A stretch of 64,000 bases of DNA from Myxococcota bacterium (lineage in GTDB: Bacteria; Myxococcota_A; SURF-8; G963663525): the NCBI GenBank assembly GCA_963676915.2, contig CAXXVK010000060.1, forward strand, positions 128,001 through 192,000. Reading direction: 5' to 3'. Of the stretch, positions 1 to 11,745 are shown in pieces (position 1 is the first letter of the stretch; each line of letters starts with the position of its first letter). The notes under the pieces were generated by a model, which did not search any database, was not told the origin of the DNA, and was given only the letters and a program-made list of their open reading frames with translations. The position numbers and the translations under genes were made by a program.

Positions 1-39
1 GACGATGTCTTTATTGGTAGTGAAAGAGAAAGCTATAAA

Positions 40-3000
40 ATGGTGAAAAATCACTGGTCGGCCTGTCGTAACGTCATCATGAGTTGTTGGCTTCTCGGGG
101 TGCTGCTGCTCTCCGGAATGGCACGAGCCGAAACGAAGATCGTCAACCCGTGGGAAACCCGTTTCGACCAATACGCCCGTACGGCGCTGAAACAATCCTC
201 CGGTCCCGAAGGTCTGGCGGCGATGCAAGACGCCGTTCGTATACATGACAAACTCTCGAACGGCGAAAAACTGTTCGACCTCAGTCGAAAACTGCTCGAA
301 AAGAAAAAAGTCGGCGTCGAATTGCGTCGTTTGGCCCAATGGCAACTCTATCGGAAAGCCTGGACGACCGACAACGGCGCAGAGGTCGAAAAAATTCTGT
401 CGAAACTGGGAGTTGTCCGTCATTGGCGCTTCGTCGGTCCTTTCGATAACGAGGGCGGAACGGGTCACGATCGAAGTTTTGCGCCGGAAGAGGAATTCAA
501 CCTTTCGGCCAGCTATTCCGGCAAGGAACGTCCGGTTTCTTGGCGCGATTTCCCGGATTTTCCCAGCAACGGTCGCCTGCGATTCAACCGCGTTATGACG
601 CCAGCGGAACGAACGACCGTATACGCTCAGTCCTGGGTGCAGTCTAAGAAAAATGTCAATGTCCTGGCGTTTTTCGCTTCGTCCGGTGCGGCCAAGATCT
701 GGATCAACGGAAAACAGGTTCACGAGCAGGAAAACGGACGAGACTGGGGAACGTCTCAGGATGCTTTTCACATTCGCTTGAAGAAGGGATTCAACGAAAT
801 CGTCGTCAAAATCTCTTCCAAGGACCGCAGCTCGTCGTTCAGGCTTTCTCTGGCCGACCGGCGACGTGGGATGGTGGTCAAAGGCCTGCATGTTCTGAAT
901 ACCGACGAACGCACCCGACAGGCGCAAAAACTGAAAACGTCGCGTCCCCTGAAAACAGGGAAAATCCGTGCGTTTCCGCTGATGCATGACAAGGTTGTAA
1001 AAAAAGCCAACAAGGGAAAACATGCCGCGCAAGCCTTGCTCGCCGCGCGCCTGCTGTACGAAAACCGTGATTTTCTGACCGAAAGCAAGCTCGACGAGGA
1101 GTTTTTGCGACAGGCATTGGAGACCAAACGACCCAGTGCGGCCTTGTACGAAGCCTGTATACGGATCGAAGACAACGCCAATCGTCGGCGGCATTGCATC
1201 GAGGATTGGATGTCCCTTGAGCCTACAAATCCCCGTCCCCGATGGCAACTGGCGCGGGAACTTCGAAAAATGCGCCACGATACGTTGGCTCGTAAAGAGT
1301 TGAATCAACTGGTGAAACGTCCCGAAGCCATGGTTATCGCCGAGTTGGAACTGGCACGCCTGGATGCTGCCGACAGCCTGCCGGGTCGTGCGCTCGCTCG
1401 GGTACGAAGGGCACAACAAGCCCTTCCTAAAGTCGTGTACCTTAAGGAAGAACTTCTAAAACGCTACCGCGCCGAAGGCATGACCGCAAACACCCGTGCT
1501 CTGGAAGACGACTTGCTGGAGCGCGACCGTAGGGACCACAACCTGCTTTCTCGTCTGTATCATCGGCAGATTCAATTGGAGCAGCCCGAAAAAGCGCTCG
1601 AAACGCTCAACCGCATGATGGTATTGCGACCCTACAAAATCTATCCTCGTCAACGAAAAGCGGTGTTGTTGGAGTCCCTTGGTAAATCCGAAGAGGCTCG
1701 CTCCGTGCTGCTGGCAGGACTCGAACTGTTTCCCGAATCCCACGAATTGCTTGAAAGCCTGGGACATTTCGAACGGGCGCAGGGAAACATCCCCGAAGCG
1801 ATTCGTTACTTCGAAAACGCTTTGGCTATCGTACCGCAAAATCCCGAATTGAGCCGCTACGTGGCGCAACTAAGTCCGCAGGTTCCCGCTTTCGAAGAGG
1901 AATTCCTCGTGGATGCCGAAGCCTGGATCGCTTCCCATCCGCCCATTGAAAACGACGATACCCTATCGCGCCAATTGCTGTCTTTGAACGTTTATAAAGT
2001 ACATGCCAACGGATTGTTCAGCGTGTTTCACCAATCCCTGGTTCGGGTCAACACCTTCAGCGCCGTGGAAAACTACCGGGTGCAGTACGAAAGTTACTCT
2101 GCCGACAGTCAGTCCTTGACGGTGCAAAAGGCCCGGATTTTCAAACCCGACGGGAGGATCATCGAGCGCTCGGCGATTCGGGAACACGGGATGAACGAGC
2201 GCTATAAAATGTTTTTCGACTACCGCAGCACCTCGATTCATTTCGATGAGCTGGCTCCCGGCGACGTGATCGAAATCCGTTACCGTCTCGACGACACCGC
2301 CCGCAACAATCTTTTCGCCGATTATTTCGGATTTTTGGAACCTCTGCGGAAAACGGAGCCGATAACCCATGCCGAAGTGGTCGTATTGGCTCCGAAAGAC
2401 AAAAAACTGTACTGGAACCACCCGGTCGAAGCTCCCGAACCGCTGGTCGAGGCACGAGGCGACGAAGTCTTGTACCGGTGGTTGGCTCAAGACGTACCGA
2501 AAATCAAAAATGAACCCAACATGCCGAGCCTGTTCGAGATTGCAGCTCCTTTGAAAGTGTCTACGTTCAAAGACTGGCAGCACATGGGTAGCTGGTACTG
2601 GGGATTGATCGAAGACCAGTTGGACGCCGGAGAAGAGTTGCGGAGCAAGGCCAGAGAGATCGCCGCCGGAGCCGAAAGCGTCGAGGAAAAAGTCAAAGCC
2701 GTATACGATTGGGTGGTGCGCAATACCCGGTACATCGGCCTGGAGTTCGGCATTCACAGCTATAAACCCTATCAGGTCAACGACATCTATCAACGAAAGT
2801 TCGGAGATTGCAAAGACAAGGCGTCGCTGATGGTCGCTATGCTGGACGAACTGGGCGTGAAAGCTCAAATGGTGGTGCTGCGCACCAGCAACCTGGGAGC
2901 CATCGAGCCGTATCCCCCGGCGCTCAACATGTTCAACCACGCCATCGCTTACGTTCCGGCCCTGGATCTTTACCTGGACGGTACCGCCCGAATTCGCGGG

Positions 3001-3754
3001 TACCGGCGAGTTGCACGCTTTCGACCGGCGCGGTCAGGCCATGGTGCTCGACTCTGAAAACGTACGATTCACGCAGATTCCCCCACTGGACCCGGAAAAG
3101 AATTTTACGGAACAGGTGCAGGATATCGTCTGGTCGGGCAACGAGGCTGTGACGATGACGGGCGAGTTTATCGTGCATGGCGTGCAGGCTCCTTCGTTAC
3201 GAAGAGCCTTGCAGGATGTCGCCCAGCGGCGGGAAACTCTCGAACGCCTGTTCAACCGCAGTTTCCCGGGCTCCGAGCTTGTGTCCTACGAACTGAAAGA
3301 TCTAGACGACTTCGAGAGACCGCCACGACTGGATTTCGAGTTGAACGTACCGGACATGGCCCGTAAGGAAGGCTCGAACTGGGTGATTCCCGGCAGTTCC
3401 GAAACCCGTTTCGAAAAGAGACTTGCCCCGCAATCCGAGCGGGAGCATCCGTTGGTGATCGCCCAGCCTGATAACGCTACGATTACCACTCTTTTCAAAT
3501 TTCCCGAAGGAGCGCGAACGATTCGATTGCCCGAAAGTGTTTCGATCGACAAACCGTTCGGGCGCTTCAGCTTCGAGGTGAACGTCAAGCCCGAAGGGGT
3601 CGAAATCCAGCGCTCGGTGCAATTCCTGCACCCGAAGATTTCTCCCAAGGACTATCCCGAATTCAAGCGTTTTTGCCAGGAAATCGACAAAGCGACACGA
3701 CAGTTGATCGTACTCGACACCGAGGGAGGGCAGCATGTCCGGGCGAACCCGTAA
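40..3754 (+). CDS. Secreted TPR + DUF3857 + transglutaminase-like protein (one frameshift near 2990-3010 joins ORFs 40..3057 and 3011..3754)
   Basis: Signal peptide; beta-sandwich segment (WRFVGPFDNEGG...LKKGFNEIVVK); TPRs; DUF3857-like GDVIEIRY; transglutaminase triad motifs GDCKDKA, FNHAI, YLDGT; C-terminal domain continues in the second ORF. Confidence 0.8.
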
Positions 3755-6700
3755 CCCGATGACAGGATATCGCGCAATGTTTCGTATTTTAGGAGGAGTT
3801 TGCATCGCGTTTCTCGCGAGTGCATGGATTTTCGGCTGCGCGAAACCGTCCCACGGCGTGTTTTCCGCACCGCCGGATTCCCCGAAGCTGATGGCGGCGA
3901 AAAATCCGCAGAACCCTTCGTATGAAGAACAGGTCATCGCCGGTTGGATCGCCTGGATCTACGACGGGAACCCGCAAGAAGCCGAGCGGAGATTTCGTCT
4001 GGCCGCCGAAATGGAACCTTTCGGGGGAGACGCCTGCTTCGGGCTGTCCTTGCTAGCCTGGACCCAGGGACGCACCAACGATGCGCTGCAATGTTTTCTG
4101 CGGGTGATTCAAAACGATCCCGCCAGCCCGGAAGCGGAGATTTCGGGCCGGTTGGTTCAGCGTCTGTATTCCGAGGTCAAAGGCTATCGCAAGCAGGTTG
4201 CTCCCGTAATGGATTTCGCGTTGGATGATCCCCGGACCTCGCCCGTGCTGCGAACCATCGCAGCCAACCTCAAGTATCGTATCCACGAATCCAAAGGCGA
4301 GTTCGAGCGCGCCCGGAGAACGGAACGCCACCTCGGCACGCAAAACCGCTGGCTCTACGTCGGGCCGTTCGGACGATACGGCTGGCTGGATCTCGACGAA
4401 CCGTTCCTTCCCGAACAGCCGGGGACGGTCAAAGCCGTCTATCCGACGATGCGCGGCGAAGCCGAAACCTACGAGATCGACCGAAAGCAAACCGGTAGCA
4501 ATTTCAGGGATTTTGCGAAAAGCGGCGGTGTATTCTATGCGGCGGCGTATTTTCATCTGCAACGGGCGGAACGGCTTCAATTTTCCTTGGAAAGCAACGA
4601 ACCGGTGGCGGTGTTGCTGGACGATCAACAGGCTTTCATTCGAGACGTACGCACTCAACAGCTCCCACCGGTAACCCGCCGTTCCCTATGGGTCGAAGCG
4701 GGGTGGCACAAGATTCTCGTGAAAGTCGGTTCGGTCTGGACACGGGCCGATTTCGATCTCTCCATTCTTCGACGCGACGGCCTGCCCGTGGTTTTCGACT
4801 GGAAAGCCACGTTGAAGGACCAACCCGCCTATCAACTCGGCAACTGGAAAGCGGACGACCCGATGCCGGATGCCGCCGAGACCTGCACCAAACTTCTCGA
4901 ACGCTATCCGAACGACCGCCTGCTTCGCTTTCAAACTCTTCTGGCGTACTGGTTGAAAAAGGATTTCGAAGCGGTTCAGCGCGTTTTGCCCGACTTCGAA
5001 GCGAGTCTTTCCGAATTTGCAGCGTTTCAAACGATTCGTGGCGAAATGACGCGGGAAAATTCCATGTTTGCCGCAGGGAATGGCCAGGGATCTTTCCCTC
5101 GCGGCCTATCGCAAGGCGGTGGAACTCGATCCGGGTCAGGCGATCGCTCAACAACGACTGGCCGAAACGGAAATCGAGGAAGAACAGATCGATCCGGCGA
5201 TAGAACGTCTGGAAAACCTGAAAAAACAGGCACCGAAAAACTACGCCTGGGGACATGATGCTGTACCGTCTGTACAACGCCAGAAACTGGAAAACCGAAG
5301 CCGACCTTGCATTGGCCTCGGCGCTGGCGATCAACGACGAAAATCCTTCCGTGCTGGAAACCGCCATCATGCAGGCCGAAGGGAAAAATCGCTTCGAAGA
5401 GGTAAAAACTCTCCAGGCCCGGCTATTGGAACTCGATCCCAACCACACCAGTCCGATTCGAAGATTGGAAGAAATGGGCGAAACGGAAAAGGCTCTTGCG
5501 CTATGGCGCGAACGCATCGAGCGAAACCCGGAAAACGCTTGGTATCGTCTGCAATTGGCCAAACTGCTGCTGTCGGTCAATCGCCTGGACGAAGCGCAAA
5601 CCGAGTACACGATGCTGAATCTCTGGCCGGGACGAACCTATTGGTATGCGTTTCAACGTGCCGACCTGGAATTTCTCGATGGCAATCCCGAAGAAGCCTT
5701 GCGGATTCTCGAAGAGGCAATGGGCGACAAGCCCGAATCGTTCAGTATTCGCCGATTTCTGTTCGAAGGACGAAGGCCGGGAGCTACTGGAACGCTACCG
5801 ACTGGACGGCATGGCGATCCTCGACGAATTGAAAGAAGAAACCTACGCCCCCGAAGCCGGGGAACTGCTGGTGTTGGATTCCGTGGTGGAGATTCTCTTC
5901 GAAGACGGCACGGAAGTCAGCCGCGTTCACCACATTACCCGAATGCAAAGCAAGGAATCGGTGGATCGCCACAGCGAGATTAGCCTACCCGGAAATGCCG
6001 CTTTGTATCAGGCACGATTGATCAAGCCGGACGGTCGAACGTTCCAACCTTTGAAATTCGACGGCAAGAAAAGCCTTTCGTTTCCTGAGGCGGCCATCGG
6101 CGATTGTATCGAAATGGATTACGTGATCTCCCGTCATTCGTCCTGGACGTTTGGTCGCCCCCATTTTGAAGGCGGTTTCTATTTCCGTATGCCCGAAACG
6201 CCTGTGTATCGCTCTCGCTTCGTCGCCATTCATCCGGAAAACATGTCCATCGAATTCGCTCCTCGTAATTATTCCGAGGAACCTCCGGTCGAAACGAAAC
6301 AGGACGGCTGGCTCGTTCATACCTGGAAAAACCGAAAAATGGACGAACTCGTGCCCGAACCCATGGGACCGCCAAGCCGCTACTATCAACCGAAAATTAC
6401 AGTCGTCACGCCGATGGAATGGGAAGCTTTGCGCGATTTCTACCGGCAGAAAATTCGTCGTCTGACACGCCCTTCGGCAGCATTGGAACACTACCTCGCC
6501 GAGCATGATCCCGGTGTCGCAACGGGGGAATTCCATCGTGCCGAAACCTTGTTTTACGATCTCGCCGAAACGATCAACGGCGATGGGAAAGCCGGAACTT
6601 TGCGTAGCGACGCCACACAGATTCTTCTTTCGAAAAACGGGAATCGGACGCTGGTACTGGCCGCATTGCTGAACATGGCAGGCATTCGCAACCGCTTCGT

Positions 6701-7593
6701 TCTGGCTCGGCCGCTGACCTTTCCCGAACCCGAGACGGATTGGGTGCTCAACAGTTTGTACGACGACCTGATGCTCGAAGTGTTTCCCGCCGACCACGAA
6801 CCGGTGATCGTCGATTCCGAACGCAAACGTTCCTTTTTCGGACGAACCAGCCCGATTCTCAGTGGAGCCGAAATCCTACCGCTGGAAGACGGACCGGTGT
6901 TTTCGCGCCTGGCGGTGCGAAGTTCGATTCCCGATCTGCGTTGGCTGGAAATGGCGGTGCAGTTGACCCCGGAAGGGCATGCGAAGATCGCTATTGCCGA
7001 ATCCGCCGATGGGTATTATTCCGCAGGCTACCGTAATGTTCTGGAACGCATTCCGCCTGATCGAATGAACATGGCTTTGGAATCGCTGCTGAATACGAAT
7101 TTCTGGGGTGCGAAGCTCAACGAATTCGAAATCCTGAACCTCGAAGAACCCCGTAAACCCTTGCTGCTGAACTACGATTTTTCAGCACTGCAACTTGCGA
7201 GAAAAACCGGCATCGATGCGTTTGCGACTCGAAAAAGGGTTTTACCCGCTGAACCTGACCCGCAGTTACATCAAGCTCCCGATGCGGCGTTATCCGTTGT
7301 ACGTCAATGCGCCCAACAGCTCGGTGATGCAGGTCGAACTTTCTCCACCGGAAGGCTACCGTTTCGAGAGCTATCCCGAAAGCCGAGAGATTCACAGTCG
7401 GTTCGGCGTGGTGCGGTTTTCGATCGAACTGAGAGAGGGCCGCTTGATCCTGCTACGGAGGCACGCCATTCCCGTACAGGTGATTTCTCCCAAAGATTAC
7501 GCGGATTTCTTCACGTTCTGCCAAGAAGTGGACCGCTTCGAGAAACAACCGATCCTGCTGAAGAAGGAAGATCCCATCGCCTTAGCAGACTAG
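3735..7593 (+). CDS. Lipoprotein TPR + DUF3857 + degenerate transglutaminase-like protein (about 4 frameshifts; pieces 3735-5258, 5068-, 5255-, 5646-, 7195-7593)
   Basis: Lipobox WIFGC; WLYVGPFG domain paralogous to the upstream gene; TPRs; GDCIEMDY; C-terminal ISPKDYADF mirrors ISPKDYPEF of the upstream gene. Confidence 0.7.
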
Positions 7594-7604
7594 TTGTTTA
7601 GGGA

Positions 7605-7632
7605 GTAGGTCGGGCAAATTTCTTGCCCGACA
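7605..7632 (+). repeat. REP family 1 palindrome (GTAG-GTCGGGCAAATTTCTTGCCCGACA)
   Basis: GTAG tetranucleotide followed by a hairpin; identical copies at 11424 and 55242. Confidence 0.85.
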
Positions 7633-7641
7633 AATCCTTTT

Positions 7642-7735
7642 CCTATCGATGGAGCAGGATTGTATCCTGCTCCTCACGTTTTGCTATGAGAAGACAAACG
7701 TGTGGACGGGGATACAATCCCCGTCCTTCGATAGG
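7642..7735. repeat. REP family 2 inverted doublet (GATGGAGCAGGATTGTATCCTGCTCC ... GGACGGGGATACAATCCCCGTCC)
   Basis: Two hairpins in inverted orientation; near-identical unit at 19973-20051. Confidence 0.8.
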
Positions 7736-7780
7736 GAAATTATCGGGTGAAAATTAATTGATTTACGAAAAGGATTTCTT

Positions 7781-8659
7781 CTAGGCTTTTTGGGCGAACA
7801 CGGCTCGGGGTTTGTCGGTCAGGTCGTTTTCGGCACGAACCGATTCCCAGATGTGTGACCGTTGCAACGCTTCGACTGCCAACGGCACCGTGTAGTGATC
7901 CAACTCCAGTGCAAGCCAGCCTTTCGGGGCCATTAGCGGAGCTACTTCGTCGATCAACGTCCCTACCCAGCGGAAACCGTCGGTTCCGCCATCGAGGGCC
8001 AGCGTCGGTTCGAACTCGCGGACTTCGCGGGGTAGAGATTCCATCACGGGACTCGGAATATACGGTAGATTCGCCGCCACCAGATCGAAGAATCCCGTTT
8101 TTTCCGCCACGGGTTGGAGTAGATCGCCTTCGAGAAAATGCACCCGCTCGGCCACACCCGCCGCTTCGGCATTGACTCGCGCCAGGTCGAGGGCGTCACG
8201 AGAAACATCCACGGCCCAGACCTCCGCACGAGGCCAGCCTGCCGCCAACGCACAGGCGATCACACCGGAACCGGTACCGACATCCAGCACATGGAGAGGT
8301 CTTAAAGAACCGGAAGATGCGATGGTTTCGAAGATCCGTTCCACCAACCACTCGGTTTCGGGTCGCGGGATCAACACCCGACGATCCACCTGGACTCTCA
8401 GGTCATGAAACGGTTGTTCTCCGGTGATATATTGGACCGGCTCTCCGGTGGCGCGCCTGCGCACCGCCTCGCGGAAACGGTCGCGTTCTTCCTGCAGAAC
8501 GGGTTGATCCCAGCGGGTGTAGAGTTCCATCCGGCGGCAGTCCAGCACCCAGGCCAGCAGAATTTCCGCATCTACACGGGGAGAAGCGATGTTTTTGGAT
8601 TCGAAATAATCGGTGGTCCACTTGATAAGTTCGATTGTCGTCCAGTGTTTTTCAGTCAT
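7781..8659 (-). CDS. prmC: Release factor glutamine N5-methyltransferase
   Basis: RRATGEPVQYITG, VLIPRPETE, LDVGTGSG, ANLPY, ALDGG motifs; start taken at MTEKHW. Confidence 0.95.
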   Translation of the reverse strand: MTEKHWTTIELIKWTTDYFESKNIASPRVDAEILLAWVLDCRRMELYTRWDQPVLQEERDRFREAVRRRATGEPVQYITGEQPFHDLRVQVDRRVLIPRPETEWLVERIFETIASSGSLRPLHVLDVGTGSGVIACALAAGWPRAEVWAVDVSRDALDLARVNAEAAGVAERVHFLEGDLLQPVAEKTGFFDLVAANLPYIPSPVMESLPREVREFEPTLALDGGTDGFRWVGTLIDEVAPLMAPKGWLALELDHYTVPLAVEALQRSHIWESVRAENDLTDKPRAVFAQKA

Positions 8660-8778
8660 TGACCAACAAACCGATAGAAACGAATAACTTGCCAGTTGCA
8701 GCAAGCTACGTTAATAATTGAACAAAGTCCAGCTTTCCCAAAATCGTATCAACTTCTGGACCAACAAGGGGCATCGGC

Positions 8779-9649
8779 ATGACGGAACGGATCGGAATCA
8801 TTGGAGGATCGGGTCTGTATCAGATGGACGGACTCGACATCAAAGAGCGCGTCGAGCTTACCACACCTTTCGGTTCTCCTTCCGACGCCTATATGATCGG
8901 CACATTCGCCGGAAAAGAGGTCGTGTTTCTGCCTCGACATGGCAAAAGACACCGTTTTCCGGCCCATCAGGTGAATTACCGGGCCAATGTATATGGAATG
9001 AAGGCGCTGGGCGTCGGTCGGATTCTGAGCGTCTCGGCCACCGGATCGCTTCGGGAACGGTATGCGCCGGGTGACATTGTGCTGATCGATCAGTTTTTCG
9101 ACCGCACACGCAACCGACCTTCCACGTTCTTCGAAGACGGCATTGCCGCCCACATCCTGTTCGCCGATCCGATCTGCCCTCAGTTGAACGATCTGGTTTT
9201 CGACGTTGCCACGGAGGTCGTAGGGAGGCGTGCGCACAAGGGCGGAGCGTATCTTTGCATGAACGGGCCGCAGCTTTCGACCCCGTTGTGCCGAATCTCT
9301 CGCCTACCGTAGCTGGGGGATGGACATCATCGGCATGACCAACCTCACCGAAGCCAAACTCGCACGGGAAGCGGAAATCTGCTACTGCACGATCGCAATG
9401 GTCACGGATTACGATTGCTGGAAAGAGAGCGACGAGCCGTTCAGCGCCGAGAAAATCGTCGAAACCTTCAACGCCAACATCGGAAACGCCAAGAAAATCG
9501 TTCAACGCACCATCGAAGCGCTTCCCGCCGAACCGGAGGACTGCTCCTGCCGCCATGCGTTGAAAGGCGCATTGATGGCCAATCCGGCGTCCATTCCGGA
9601 GGATATCAAGCAACGTCTGGATGTCATTGCCGGACGCTATTGGAAGTAA
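8779..9649 (+). CDS. mtnP: S-methyl-5'-thioadenosine phosphorylase (frameshift near 9290)
   Basis: IGIIGGSGLY, FLPRHG, VNYRAN, DIIGMTNLTEAKLAREAEICY, MVTDYDCW split over ORFs 8779..9312 and 9320..9649. Confidence 0.9.
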
Positions 9650-9710
9650 TCTGTTTCGAAGCGAAAAGAAGGTCTTTTTCCTTTTTTCGCTCTTTTTTGG
9701 AGAAGAAAAT

Positions 9711-10647
9711 ATGTCCGTATTGATCGTAGGTTCCGTAGCTCTGGACACCGTGGAAACCGTCAAAGGAAAGCGGGAAGAAACCCTGGGAGGTTCGGCCACG
9801 TTCTGTTCTTTGGCGGCGGCTTCGTTTGGCGATGTACAACTTGTGGGTGTTGTGGGCAGTGATTTTCCCGAGCGACACGTCGAGTTGTACCGAAGCCACG
9901 GTATCGATCTGGAAGGATTGGAAACCGCTGAAGGGCGAACGTTTCGCTGGGGTGGAAAATATGCCGATGACTTTTCTTCCCGAGAGACGCTAAATACGGA
10001 ATTGGGTGTTTTCGAGCATTTCGACCCGAAATTGCCGGAACGGTATCGCCGATCTCCTTACGTGTTATTGGGCAACATTCAGCCGGACTTGCAAGCCCGC
10101 GTACTCGACCAGACCGAGGGGAAACCTTTTGTGGTCGGCGATACGATGAACCTCTGGATCGACCTGTTCCCGGAAAAAGTCATCGAGTTGCTGCCTCGCC
10201 TGGACGTGTTGACGATCAACGACGAGGAAGCCCGCCAGTTGAGCGGAAAACACAACTTGTCCCAGGCCGCACGCTGGATTCTGGAGCACGGCGTTCGTAC
10301 CTGGTGATCAAGCGGGGTGAGCACGGCGCCAGCGCGTTTGCAAGCGAAGGGCGGCAATTCCATCTGCCTGCCTATTGCGTGGACGACGTAGCCGACCCCA
10401 CCGGTGCGGGCGATACCTTTGCCGGAGCGCTTACCGGCTACATGGCGGCACGAAAAGCCACGGATTTCGAGTCTTTCAAAAAGCTCTGGTCGCCGGAACG
10501 CTGTGGGCCAGTTTCCTTGTCGAGGGCTTTTCGACCGACGGACTGTTACAGTTGAGCCACGAAGACGTTTTCAAGCGGCTGGCTGCTTTCAAGGACAGCA
10601 CGACGCTGCCCGACATGCAACTGGCTCTACCGAAAACGACGCCCTAG
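9711..10647 (+). CDS. PfkB-family sugar/nucleoside kinase (two frameshifts near 10300 and 10480)
   Basis: VGSVALD, LGGSA, INDEEA, DPTGAGDTFAG motifs across three frames. Confidence 0.85.
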
Positions 10648-10662
10648 GGGGAAGGGAAAATC

Positions 10663-11351
10663 ATGTCGGACGATACACGCTACTTGTATACCGGATTGTG
10701 GATCTCGGTACTGCTGCTCTATCTTTTGGCCGTGTTCAACTCCTTCCACGTATTTTTCGCTGGCCAACCCGATTTCGCTGGGCGCATTCGTATTGATCAA
10801 TGCCCTTTTCGTCGGGGTTTTGCTGACGCTGCGAAAAAACACGAACAAAGCCGTTGAAACCGCCATGGCGACGGACCCGCAATCTTTGATGTACAACTCG
10901 GCTCATTTTTACAGCAGCGTAGAAGCCGAAATCGACCGCTCCAAACGTCGGGACTATACGTTTTCCATCGTTTTACAGCGATATCGACTATTTCCACCGC
11001 TACAATGAAGACTACGGAATGAAGGCCGGTGACGAAGTGCTGGCCCACATGGGCGAGATTCTCACGGGGATGACGCGTAAATACGATATCGGCTTTCGTT
11101 TCGGCAACGACGAGTTCGTCGTACTGCTTCCCGAAACGGACAAAGTGCAGGCCCGTTTCATCGCCGAACGAATCGGCGAAGCCTTCGGTCGCACGTATGA
11201 GGGTTCCTTGTCGTTAAGCATGGGAATCGCCCAATGGATCGAGGAGGATTCGGTCGATACCCTTCTGAGAAAAGCCGAAGAGGCCATGAACGAAGCCCGT
11301 CGGGGCGGAGGCAACCTGATCCGTACTCACATCGACCGGGGGCAGGTTTGA
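10663..11351 (+). CDS. Membrane-anchored GGDEF-domain protein with variant GNDEF motif (frameshifted)
   Basis: Two N-terminal hydrophobic segments; GDEVL, RFGNDEFVVLLP, SLSMGIA, A-x-x-A-M motifs. Confidence 0.75.
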
Positions 11352-11423
11352 GCCGAGTAAATTGTCATATCGCAGAGCATTATTGAAGCTGTAAATCGCT
11401 GTCAAGTATCGAAAACATCTCGC

Positions 11424-11596
11424 GTAGGTCGGGCAAATTTCTTGCCCGACAATGCCAAGGTGTAGGACTACAGGCCGTTGACAAACCCCACATTGAACAA
11501 GTTTTTCACCTGTAACTTATTGAAATTATTGAAGCTCAAAAACGACAAAACCACTTGTCAGCAGACTGTGTCGGGCTAAAAATTAGCCCGGCCTAC
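11424..11596. repeat. REPIN-like unit: inverted pair of REP family 1 (11424-11451 forward, 11569-11596 reverse)
   Basis: GTAGGTCGGGCAAATTTCTTGCCCGACA ... TGTCGGGCTAAAAATTAGCCCGGCCTAC. Confidence 0.8.
11471..11568. mobile_element. Small MITE-like element (family 2) nested inside the REPIN
   Basis: Imperfect 14-bp terminal inverted repeats CAGGCCGTTGACAA / revcomp CAGTCTGCTGACAA; a related left end occurs near 49100. Confidence 0.5.
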
Positions 11597-11645
11597 TACT
11601 CCGACAACCCATTTCCTGCCTAGAGTGCTGAAATCATGAACGTCT

Positions 11646-11671
11646 GGACCAGGATACAATCCTGCTCCATC
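11646..11671 (-). repeat. REP family 2 single copy
   Basis: Reverse complement reads GATGGAGCAGGATTGTATCCTGGTCC. Confidence 0.75.
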
Positions 11672-11745
11672 ATTGGGGACTCATTGAAATGAATGAGGTT
11701 TTCAATCTCAAGCTAACACGTTTTACTCGCTCCAGGGCCAGCGAA

